Origin: Macrostomum lignano
Taxonomy: Eukaryota
DNA: 64,000 nt
Direction of reading: 5' to 3'
NCBI GenBank assembly: GCA_002269645.1
Contig: NIVC01003323.1
Coordinates: 1-64,000, forward strand
Shown here: piece after piece, positions 48,601-60,900 of the stretch
Numbering within the stretch: position 1 is the stretch's first letter
Layout of the letters: the number at the start of each line of letters is the position of its first letter
Notes under the pieces: model-generated
The model's input: only the letters and a program-made list of their open reading frames with translations
Databases searched by the model: none
What the model was told of the DNA's origin: nothing
Made by a program: the position numbers and the translations under genes

Positions 48601-50282
48601 ATAATGCTAAACTGCGGTAAAATAATTTGACTCTATTCTAAAGCATGTGTCCATGGGTTTTCAACATTTATTCCAATAGGGATGGCAAATATAGTGAAAT
48701 GAGTACCTATAGCAGCTATAAATACACCTGCAGAAAACAATTGCTCTCATATCATGGCTATGACTATAGAAATATGGTAGTTCAAAACTTGTTCTATAGA
48801 TTTCCATTGCCACTATTTTGAGTCTTGAATTAATACAAAAGCATAAAACAAGAAATATTAAAAAACTAATAGCAGAGATCAATGCAAAGATAAAAACACT
48901 TTTAATACTAATAAGATATTTACCCAATATAGAAGCTAAAATGCCTATAACTACTGTGGCTACAATTTAAAAATATAATTTATAAAAAGCTATAACTATG
49001 CCTGTGTTAAAAGGACCACCCATTATAGAAGAATATATAGTTTAAAGACATGTTATAGTTAGTTTTTGAACTTTTTGTTTTGTTTTTATCTTTATTTTAA
49101 GCCTTTCTTAGATTTTTACTCTTTAAAAACATTTATTCTTATAATAAAGATATAATTTTTGTAGGTGCTAAGTTATAAGAACTATTTATTCTAATATGCT
49201 CTTAATAGTAGTTAGTTGCAACTTGTAGATTTAGTCTGTTAGTTTTGTAACTTTTTTATTATTTATTTTTACATTTAATTTTATTGTCATTATCAATGAC
49301 TAATAAATGGCTAATCCAAGGCAGCTTCCAACATTTTCATATGCAGAAGGACATGGATCTACTGCTATAAGCTAGAGCAAGCATTAGTAATATATGTGGA
49401 CAATTCACTGATAAGGCACCTCTTAACCAAGGTTGTCTAAGTGCAAGTATTTTCTAGTTTCTATAACGAAAGGTCAAACATTTCAAAGAAAAAGGTAGCA
49501 GTTAAAAGGTGATAGGAGTGCAAATAAAAAATAAAACATTAATTGAATATGATTAGTATTCTTTTAAAGAATTTTGATACTAGAACTATAGTCCAGATCA
49601 TGCTGGGTGCACACACAAACAAAAATCTAATAATTACAAATGCATATAAAAAAATTGAGTGCTTGCCCATTCTCAAAATTATGCTGGTGTTGCAACAATA
49701 AATGACCTTTTTTACATTGTGACCTTTCTTGAATTGCTTAATGGTCAATTTTTGGCAGATAATTTGCTTCTTTTTTTCTGCTTTTTTGGCAATATCATTA
49801 TAGTGGAAAATCAATGCATGCAAAGATTTGCTTTATTATAAGCTTTAAAAAACTGGAAAGCTTGAAATATATGGTTAAAAATGAACTTTTTCATCTTTTT
49901 TGTACTTTGCAATAACTTTTCCATGTGATTCTATAAAGTGCACACCAGGTATGCATGCACACTATTTTCCTAAGAGTGATGCATACCAACTGTGCACATC
50001 TACTTTTGGCATGCAAGGCCTATGCACACCTAAATTTTTAAGTATATCTAAATGATCCAGAGTGTGATACCTATAGTTTGGAAGGCAACATATATGCCAG
50101 GATTTCCTAGCAAACAAAAGTGCCTTATCATTTTTTAGTGTATATTAGGATATAAATATATTCCAGCATATATGACATAGCAGATACACTGTATCAGATA
50201 ACAAAATTTTTATATTGGTATACAAACTTGGCATACAAACGAGGTCTCATAATTTTTTCCAGCATTAAACCTGGCATATACT

Positions 50283-50579
50283 CATACATGCGCAACCTCC
50301 AAAATTTGGTCGGCCGTGCGACTTAGTTTTAACAAAAATGCGACGTAGTTTTTGGCCAAAAATGCGACTTACATGTAAAAAAACCCGAAAGCAAAATTTA
50401 TGCAATTTTGGGTAAACGGCAAGAGTAACTATGACTGTCTTATAAGGCCAAAATGCTTCGTCAGCTACTTAGTACTACTACTTTGTGTTTTTTTGGGTGG
50501 GCATTTTTGCGACTTCCTTGGTTGGCTGCCAAATTGGTCGGCCAGATCGGCCGACTCGGCCGACTGTTGCGCATGTATG
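50283..50579. mobile_element. hAT-type MITE (297 bp)
   Basis: Perfect 14-bp TIR CATACATGCGCAAC / GTTGCGCATGTATG; perfect 8-bp TSD CATATACT at 50275-50282 and 50580-50587. Confidence 0.92.
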
Positions 50580-53220
50580 CATATACTAATATATGATCCA
50601 AACTATGGTGTGGTACCAGAACTTTATATAATTGTAAGTTGCTACAAATGATATAATATTTTGTTATAATATACATAATATATACAAATATCAAATGCAA
50701 CAATAGAAAAAGGTCCTTTATTATTGTAGCACTAAAGTAAAGTTGGCATAATTTTGAACTTTTACCATATATGACAGTCCAATTTCTAATTTTTGGAGTA
50801 GGCCTACTTGGCATAAAAAATTGGCATATACTAGACACCTTCCTGATAATGGCTATTTAAATATTGTAATGTAAGTAATGCATTTTTTCCAATAAAAAAT
50901 TGATTTTTATTAATGGGCCTATTTTAATGGCAGTTGTTATTGTTACAGTGACCATATAAATAACAAAATGGTTATTTTTATGGTTAACGCATAAGACACT
51001 ATATGGGCCTATGGTGGTCTTTACTTAATGTAACCATATAAATAGCAAAACTGTTATTTTTACAGTCACCATAGGTAGGAAGCAAAATGACTATTTTTAC
51101 AGTCATGTGGAAGAAATTTACAAAGGTAATAGTTAACAATTACCTAAAGTAAGCTACTATGACAAGAACCACTAAGAGTTACCATGGTATTTATTAATAA
51201 AATGTTTCTTGATTTTTTAAATTTAACCATCATAGTATTTGCACAGCAAGTTTATCACTTCATTTAGATGGTATTTGTTTTAAGTATTAACCGTAAAAAT
51301 AACCGTATTGCTATTTATATGGTTACTGTATCAATAACAACCGTCTATCTTAATTTGCTTGTAATATTATTATCTTCATTGTCATCTTAATGTTTAAAAA
51401 ATGTTTTTTCTTACCAATTTAATAAAGTATAGGCCTATTTTTGCACTTTTTTAATAGTAGTATAGAGTATAGACCATATAAGTATAACAATAATAACATT
51501 GTATTAATAGACATATTTTTAGTCTATTTTAATAAAAAATATAGTAATTTTGAACTTGTACATCTAATATCACAGTATTTAGCCTAGGAAAGAGCCTACA
51601 TGGCTATATGGCTATACCTAGAACCTAGCATAGGCCAATTTATGATTTGGTCAAAGTCAAAGTCAAAGGTAATTTTGATTTCAGTTAATATATTTCCATT
51701 TGCTTGTTATGAATTAGCAGCTTTGACTCAAGACTATGATTATTTGTATAATTCTATAGAATTCTCTACAAGTCTAAATAACTTATTTTCACTGTCTTTA
51801 TCATGTCATGATGTTTAAACTAAAAGATTTAGCAACTGGCAAATAATCTAAATTTGAGGCTCTTCATATTGCTTGTTCTGGTTCTAGAACCAGAACCATT
51901 TTGTAAATTATAACTTTTTGTCTCCTAAACTAGAGGGATATTAGTGCTTTAAAATTGTGATTATTGGATGGCAATAGCCAAGAAGAAAGTGAAAAATTGT
52001 GCAGAGTGAGGCTGTTAAGGCAGTCAAACATTCAACAAAGTTATACTGCTTTTTTTCTTGGAAATCCGAACCGATTCTGGTTCTGGAATCGATTGCCGTG
52101 AAGAGCCTCTTTCAGTTGAATTTCGATATGCAAAAAGATCGGATTATTTTAAAATTTAAACACGAAAAGTTACTTTTTAGAAAAAATCTAATTAACGTTA
52201 ATATTTCCATTAATGAAACAATAAGGAATTATTTTTTCTTCAATAAAAAATGTTAAATAAGTAATTTAAAAAGCGTTGTTCTGAAAATAAGTGAATCCTT
52301 TTGTTTTTTTATTTACTTACCTTACTGAAGTCTGTGAATGTTTAACGCAATTTGTAGTACATTCAGTAAGTAGCCTTTATTTTGTAACAGAGAGTAGATA
52401 CTAGAGTAAATATTTATTTAGTAGTTATTATTTCTGTGTTTTGCAACAACCACTAAGGTACTTAAACATAAAGCATAAAACTCCACTTCAAACGATTTTT
52501 AGGTTTATTCGCAAAACTTAGATAATTTTCTGGACAGTAGTATAACAAGCGTTTTATTGCAAATTTCTTTAATTACTTTAAGTTTTCCACTCGTACCAGC
52601 TATTTAGTAGGATCACACGAGGCTAATTAAACAAGGTACAGGAAGAGTTGAGAGAGAGAGAGATGCAGCGCATTTCGAACTCGCGGTTTTCTTTTACAGT
52701 TATGAGCAGGTCTTTGCTATCTAACTAGCAGGCTGAGTATGCGTGATCAAGCAAATGTGGGACCACTCTTGTTCGAAAAAAAGAATTCTAGTTAGTCGAA
52801 TCTCTAATATAGGCGTATAAGTCTGGCTTGATAACAATATTTAGAGTTTCGAGTGTTCTACTGTCAGAGGCAACAGCTCACAGTCTCGCACTCTTAATTG
52901 TTTAAACTAGACGGAAAATTCCTGTATATATCGTCTCTAAAAATGATGATTCATCTTCTTTTTAGTTTCGGTTTAGATTTGCGAATGTATATCTGTCCTA
53001 CTATATATACTTAATGCATGGTAGGCTTATACGAGCTACATGTTGCGTATGAAACATGTACATGTAGCTTATAGTTTGCTGTCCTGATGTAAACACATGG
53101 GAACCCAAATTATTGTAGATAAATTTAAAGCTTTTCTATTTTATAATTACAAAGCACTAGCTAGGATTTTGAAGAGGCCACCATTTATCGTTTGTTTCGA
53201 ATAACTTTCTGAAAGATGAT

Positions 53221-53363
53221 ACTACTATATGCTCTCCCAAAGCACGAGTCTGGAGGTGAGGTGGGTGTCATCGATTGGCTGACGATTCTCGGCAGCGATC
53301 GCCGCAGACAGGTTGACACCCACCTCACCTCCAAAATCGCGCCTCCGGGGAGCATATAGTAGT
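53221..53363. other. 143-bp nested hairpin (MITE-like or structured RNA)
   Basis: Outer arms ACTACTATATGCTC / GAGCATATAGTAGT; inner perfect 20-bp arms TGGAGGTGAGGTGGGTGTCA (53251-53270) / TGACACCCACCTCACCTCCA (53314-53333). Confidence 0.75.
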
Positions 53364-54769
53364 GACGATGACAAACTTTATTTTTTTCTTACCAAGAGTA
53401 TTGATTAAGATACGAGCGTATGTGTGAATGAAACACGACTTATAGATATAGAACTTATAATTATAAAAAAGTTTGAATTATTCATCAAAAACTGAAAAAT
53501 AATAGCGAATAAGGATAAAAATTGTCCGAAAGCAGAAGACAAATCAAAATAAAAAAGTGTCAAGTAATGTACGAGTAGTTTTACCATTCATATGGTAAGA
53601 CTCTCGGCTCGGTAAAACTGTGGTACAGGCCGATGTGTACCATATTATTTCAGAAAGCAATCCCCATGCTTTCAGATATAATCTGAATAAATGTTTATTT
53701 TAAACCGCTAAAAGTTTATAAGTTGATGTATTTTTATGTCTACATTTTATATCGATAGCTATAACTACATTCGATGCTTTTAAAATGTCCTGTTAAAAGA
53801 AAAAAACTCAGCGACCACATATTTATAAATAAGCTATAGATCAGGAGTCAGGCTAACTTTATTACCTCTAGGGCCAGATAAAGAATTCAGCTCATGGCTG
53901 CGGGCCAGATGAGAATGGAATAGAAGATGAGAGATAAGAGAAGAGAGGAGAGACGAGAGATTTGATGAGAGAAGAGATAGAAGAGAAGATATGTGAAGAG
54001 AGGACAGAGGAAAGAGGAGAGAGAAGACGAAAGACGGGGATAGAAGAGAGAGAGGAAAGGGGAGATTGATTAGGCGAGGGGAGAGAAGAGAGAGGAGAGA
54101 AGATAAAAAGAGCTGAGAAGAGACGCAAGCCGGATTGCTATTGTGAAGTCTCAAAGAACTCGACGGCTGGATAGAAAGGCCTTTCTCGGGCCGCATTTGG
54201 TTGGCCGGAGTTTTCCAACCCCAGTGTAATATAGAGTCGAATAGACTATTCCTGATATTATAAACTTGATACAAGCGAAGTCTAGCAAATAAGGATTCAG
54301 TTTAGGCATTGTTTGTGGTGATCTCTAATATCAGTTCGAATTGCTGCTATAGGAAATTGAGAAGCCACTGAGAATTGGGCAGCAAATTTTCCATGACAAT
54401 TTTACTCGTAAAAGGTGGTTTATAAAACTGAAGAAGAAATTGGTTCTTAAGAAAATGTGCTTTTAATTGGATTTGCATGAACAACTTTTTACTCCTTGCT
54501 AATTGGGCGCCCCGAAGGGGGGCACTAGATTGCTAGTCAGATATACTAAAAATGAAAACTAAATCTTCAAAAATCTTCACCTAAATTCTCCTTTAAACTG
54601 ACGGTACGTGTATTTCTTAAACTACTTGCATATGCAGTCACTGAGTCACTAATTCTAAGAAAAGATAAAATAACATTAAAAGAACGAAAAATTTCTGTTT
54701 CTCATATCAGTAAAAGTTAAAGCTGTTAATCACAATTGTTTCTTAATAAGTTCAATAAGACCCAATGCT

Positions 54770-54903
54770 TCATCCAGTCGATGAGCCTACCAGCACCTCG
54801 ACAGGGTCTCTCGCTCTCAGGCCGAAAACAATGGCCAGCACAATTATCACGATTAGGACCACAGCACCAACCACGGATAGTGAGATGATCAGCGCTTGGT
54901 TGG
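54770..54903 (-). CDS. Mucin-like gene terminal exon: TM helix and short tail
   Basis: [29 protein letters not shown]...; acceptor CCGCAG at 54909-54904. Use of this stop rather than a further splice is uncertain. Confidence 0.75.
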
Positions 54904-57900
54904 CTGCGGGTAAGTTTTGTGAATCCGCGATTGTTTTAACATTTAAGTGTCCATATGGACAAGAACAACAGTGAGTCCTTATTTTCCTCTTGCGAGGGCT
55001 GTGACCACCCTGGCGCAACGCCTTCGGCGACATCTCTAACGGCAATTCTGCCCATTTCGCTGGCTCCTGAGCACATACAAGCGCGCCAATACTGTACGCA
55101 GGCACGCACTCATACACACGCTCACACAGGGTGTACAGCGGCCCTGACTTTCTAATCGTCAAGCATGTACACTCTCTGTGCCTTGGGGTTGGCCCTCATG
55201 AGTTGTGAATCGCGCGAAACCCCGCCTGAACAGTTTACATGCACAACCCCAATTGAATTTTTTGGGTTCTGTGGTGCGAGAGTCAGACGCATGCACCGCT
55301 GAGCTGCTCTGCTACATGTACTTCTTAGTTGTCCTTTAAATGGTTGAGTTGACTAATTGCCCAAATACAGTAAAAAGATGTCAGTACTCCATGCTTATTT
55401 TACGCTAATGTGGGATTAGTAGTCACCTGATGAGATTTGTACACGGGTTCATGGGTTAAATGTATGAGCTATATTGGGGGAGCAACTAGAACAATCAACG
55501 AAAAATGATCGCAATTTTGTCTGGATGAAAGTATAAATACAATAAACTAAGTATTTGTTTTGCTCTTCAAAGCATTGAGACAATGACAGTGACGCGATCC
55601 AGAAAAGCACTCACTTGATTCGGTGGTACTCGGTTCCGTAGTGGCGCTGTCGCTGGCGCTATCACTCACAGTGAGTATCTGCACGCACTCCCCGTTCACC
55701 TTGATCTTGTTCATTGGGCACTGGCACGAATATTTGCCAATCGTGTTCACGCATACGTAGCTGTGGCCGCAGGGATTGGCTGTCTTGCACTCGTCAATGT
55801 CCTGCGAAATCGGAGATTCAGAAGAGAACAACTCTAGTGAATAACTAATTCGTCTCATCCATCATTCCTGGATTTATTAAATTATTTTCAGCTGGTTGTC
55901 TCGAACTAGGCTTTGGTTTGAGTATTTACCAACGAACGACTCGAGTCTAGATCTGGATTTAGGCCTCGAGATTTTTAGTATTAGTAAACTACGAATTCGA
56001 AATAATTGCATCTCGTTCGTATGGGAGGGTAATTGGTCTGCGAGTTTCAATCTGGTTATTGATACCCTACCCACCTGAATATCCAATTGTCTGGTTATCT
56101 AATTCTCAGATTACCTGATACCTAGTTGAACTGGAAGGCCCCGGGCCCCGCACAAAATGGCGTGGTGAACTATCTGTGCAGTATGAATCTGGTTTGGCCT
56201 CTTTCCCAGCCACCAATGCTCACATCTGCCTCCTCTGGCGGGCTGATAGCTCAAGAGACTTCATTTCCTGCCTTTCACCTTGCAAGGCGCACTTCGAAGG
56301 GTACTCGTCCCGGTGTGTGTTAAGGCTGATTCGTTGGCGCCGAGATCCTGGACCTGATGTGACCATAAACTCACCCTCTAAGGTCCCAGTGTAACTCTGT
56401 GCTGATGGACGCTTGGCCAAGAAGTAGTCCGGTCGCTAACGGTTCCCCTTGGGCTTTTGGGTCCCCCACAGGGTGGTATTTCTTGAGAACCTGCCGCTTG
56501 GTTTGGGGTTGCGGCCTTGCGGCTCTCTGCCTGTGTTCTGCGGGAAGTCCCCCTTTTTACTTCCAGCCAGTGGCTTCTGGGAAGTCTTTGGTCACCAGGG
56601 GCGGTCCCCTCCGCCTCCTCGCTGCATCGACCGGACGATGCCCCCTGCAGCTAAGCTAAGTTAATTGCCACCACAAAGACGTTTGCATCGAATAGCTACC
56701 ATGAAAATTTGCAAGTTTGTATATTAACACCTTTGAATCAATTCCTCCAAGAAATAATATTTCTGAGCCAGCGGTTTGGAGCGCTAAAATTCCAATGATC
56801 CAATGATGATGCCCACCAGTAACAATGGTCCACTAACCTGACATTCGTAGAGTGCATTAAGTTCAAAGCCAGCCAGCGGACATTGGCACGTGTAGGAGCC
56901 GTTCGTATTCACGCATGTTTGATTCTGATCGCTGCGGCATCGATGGTCCCCAGTGAGGCACTCGTTGATGTCTTCGCAAAGACTTGTGTTGCTTGGCGAC
57001 ACCTGGAAGCCAGGCGTAGTGCAGTTGCAGCGATATCCGGGAGCCAGGTTGGTGCACTGTTCCTGGCAGATGCCAGGAGTCTCAAGGCATTCGTTCGTAT
57101 CTGTGAAATTGAAAAATTATGTTCTCATGAAACTTAAACCAAGCAAGAATATTAACTAAAAACAGAACGGCAAGATCATAGATCCAGAAACAATTTTCAA
57201 GTTGTTTTATTTTTTTCGACCCTTGTTTTTTACTTTGAAAACCTATAAGTAAAGAAATTGTTTAAGTCCTCAAGTTTCAGGAGCAAAATATCGTCTGAAA
57301 TAATTTACGCAAGCACACAAGAGGATTGCCGAAGAAATTCACCTTCGCACACCCGTCCATCGCCTACCATCCCTTCCGGGCAGCTATCGCAGTAATAGCT
57401 GCCGTTGCTGTACATGTGGCACATGCTAATGTTGTAGCATGGACTAGGCTGCGCCGAACATGGCGACACATCGCACCTGTCGCCTTGGTAACCGCTGGGG
57501 CAGCTGCACTGGGCTCTATAGAAATTCTCTGAAATTCGTTGTTAGAGCGCTTCGGCTTGTAGGGGTGGAGAGTTAAATTTTGTTTAACTGGTGGGTGAGA
57601 ATCAAGGAAAAGTCCTGATACCTCCTACAATCGTCTCCCCGGATGTGTAGTTGAAACTGTGCGTGGCTCCGTTTTCGCAGTCAACATAGAGAACAATCGG
57701 TGTCCAAGATGACGGCGCTCCCAGTGAGTCAGTGGCCACGATGGTCAGGTTAAATGAGCTGATGTTAATAGCCACTTCCCAGACGAGGATGTTATCAACA
57801 AGCCAAACTGAAGTGTCATTTACGGGCTGCAGGATACTCAGCGTCATCGGATTTCCATCCCTGTCAGTCACATTGATGCTCATGTTGAAGGTTGTCGCTG

Positions 57901-60900
57901 AGTAGACTGTGATGTTAGATGGCATGTTGAACTCGGGAGCAGTGTTTGAAGCTACCGCTTTGGCCGACACCTCCTGGCTGACCGCTAGCGATGCCTCCTT
58001 TGCGGCGTCAAGAGACTGAAGCTGCGCGGCGTCGTACATACAGCTGAGGTAGATGGACTGTTCCGTGTTCCAGCAAGTCTACAAAAGCCAAATATGAATC
58101 AATATTTAAATAGTTCATCAGTCTTTAAGATGTCCTGCAAGCCGTTTAAAAAAATACTCACGTCGTTTGCGGCCGTCATGAGCTCCGAGTTGTTGTAGAA
58201 CAGAGACAGCAGGTTATCCTTATAGTCCTCGACGAAGACTGGTACGAATGACATGTTGCAGTAGTTGGCTCGAGTCACCCCAATTTCATATGGGAAGTGA
58301 CTCGCATCGCCTGACTGCAGAGCCCAGCTCTGACCAAAGTGAAAAAGTTCACGCTCAGAACTGTCTCCAGGTAGAAGGGTGCCATTGCGCAGCTTGAAAT
58401 CGTCTGTCTTGTTCCCATTGAAATTGCCCATGAGGCCTTCAACTCCGCTGGAATGTCGCTGCTGGTCCAGCTGCACCGAAGCCTGCAGCAGGCTGAGCAC
58501 TCTGGTGACGGTCACAGAAAAGCCAGTGTCCGACTCGCTTATAGTAATGCTCTTGTTGTCGCTGGCATCTAGGCTATACCGCTCGATCACGGTAGAGTTC
58601 TCCTGACCGAAGAAGTACGTGAGAACACTGCCCAACAACTCGTCATCCTTGTACACGTCAAGATCGTTTGAGGTCGTGTTGAGCAGCACAGCAATGGAGC
58701 AGTTGTTGGAGCCAGCCTTGAGTGCAAACCCAATAAAGACGGTAGCTGATGCGGTGATATTAGGGTTGAGCGACTTTGCTAGACCCGTTCGAGCCTGCAG
58801 CTCCAGCATCGGATAACTCTGGGAGCTATTTCTGATCATGTAGTATTCACACAGGCCGTTAAAAGAGTAGGTGGTACCATCAATAGTGCTAATGTGAGGA
58901 TCTCCACGATTAAAGCCTGTCAATGCACAATTTTTAAACACCTGCATATTACGAACTTTTATAAGTCTAACAGAAAATAGCTTAGCTTTGCTTACCCCAA
59001 GCCGGTTCAGTGTAGTCTCGACTGTCGCACTTTGGTCGCAGCTTTGAAAACTTTCCAATCACCTTGCCGGCTCTACAAACATCGTAGCCGAACGTTTCGT
59101 TTCTGAGCTGCTCGTCATACCTGTACCACCACCAGTAGTATTTGTTTGTCCTCTCCAGGATCATGCTGTGTCCCGCGCCCTGAACCGTGCTCCTGATCAA
59201 GGAGCCGCTCGCGCTCCTGTCAAACATGACGTTGCGCAACAGCCAGCGCATGGTCCACAAGGAGTAGCCGGCATCGCAGTAGTCCACAAGCTGGCCGTCC
59301 TTCCTCCAATGAACTTTCAGCCTGTAGCAACACCTCGGCGCTGCATAGAACTGGCATCGCATGAAAAGGTTGCAGTACCAGCTCCACCACGGGTACGGGC
59401 AAGCCGGTGGGTTTGCAAAGTTCTGCACACACTCGTATCTGCCCCGGAAGCACATGTTGAGCTCATAGTTACCCTTCGAGTTTTTATTGTTCTGGTCGCA
59501 GGAGTACTCGTAAGGTGAGTAGCGCCAGTCCAGTACCGCTTGACGCATGTCCCTCGGACAAGTGTGGCAGTTCAGCGTCGTTGTGAGAGGGCGGTTGCGT
59601 TCATTGTCTATCCATTTTTTGCATTTTAGCTTGTCGCTGGGAGGAATAGAGTCCGCCATCGTTCTTACGTGTCGGCCAACCTTTCCAACATTGCCCTCTA
59701 TCTTGTTGTCGGTGACTGAGTTTCTGCGCCACCAGTAGTAGCTGAATGGTAGCCTATCGAATTTCTGGTAGCCATCTGTGTAGCCCGCCGCAACATAAAA
59801 ATACCACCAGCGCCATTCGCTCAGCTCAAACTGACCGTAGTTAAAAACGACAAACGAGTGAGTCTCGTTTCTGGTGACGATCGCTTGGAAGCTGATGTGC
59901 TGCGAATGGTTTGTTGAGTTCGAACGTTTTTTACTAGTAGCTACACTTTTTGATACAAATTGTAAAGAAAGTTTTAAATTAAACAAAAACACACGAAATT
60001 ACCTCTTGCTTCGGGTCGCAATACTTGCAGTAGTACTGCCCCCAGCTGAATCCACGCTGTCTGTAGTAGTAAGTGCAGTAGTAGCAATAGTAATAGTAGT
60101 AGCTGTATGGTTGCATCTTGTTCCAGGTGACGATGAGAGCATTTAACGGACGGTAAGTGGCGCCAACGCTGTAGCTGTTAATGATTTCTACCACCTTTTT
60201 CCAGTTCTCCGTATTTCGGTGCCGCGAACTCTCCAGCAGTTCGTAGTAGACAGCTGAGTCTGAGTAGGCGAACGCGTACCGGTATGACCAATAGGGAAAT
60301 ACCATCGGCTTCACCAGGTACGTGTACCAAGTCGGCCAGTTTAGCTGATACGGCGGATCAGTGAACGACAAATATCCGTCCTTTGAGATCTGAATAGTTG
60401 TTGATAGGATCGCATTGGGAGATTGGTGGCTTCAAATGAGGAGCGGGTTTGCAGTAATTCAATGTCCAAATCATGTTGAATTTACGCACCTTGCATACTG
60501 TACTTTCCTTCGACCCGATTACGAAAGGAACTTCAGTTTCAATAGTAACGTAGCTTACAGTGTAGTTATTAAAGTCGTAAGTAGTGAGTTTGGTGCTGTT
60601 CGCAGTTGAAAAGGTCATCAGTTCTGCCAGGTGATGGATGCCCCATGATTATTTTTCATTGAGTCAATTATGAGTAAATGTATATTCAAAATCCTAATCA
60701 ACCATAAAAATCGCCAAGTATAATCTTACCAATACAAGAGTAGCCATCTCCATAGTAACCTGGGCGACACGCGCACGAAAACGAGCCCGGATTATTGGTG
60801 CAAATAGCGTTTGCGTCGCACGGAGAAGAGCTGCACTCGTCAATGTCTGCGGAAGATGGTGCATGGATTAGAGTTTACATGATTAATATTTTTCATACTT

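Noticed and set aside
52665-52735. tRNA-Met-like sequence on the minus strand (CTCATAA loop, GAGTTCGAA)
   Set aside because: Acceptor stem and A box do not pair or match; at best a decayed tRNA/SINE head. A similar weak A-box is present at about 36340-36385.
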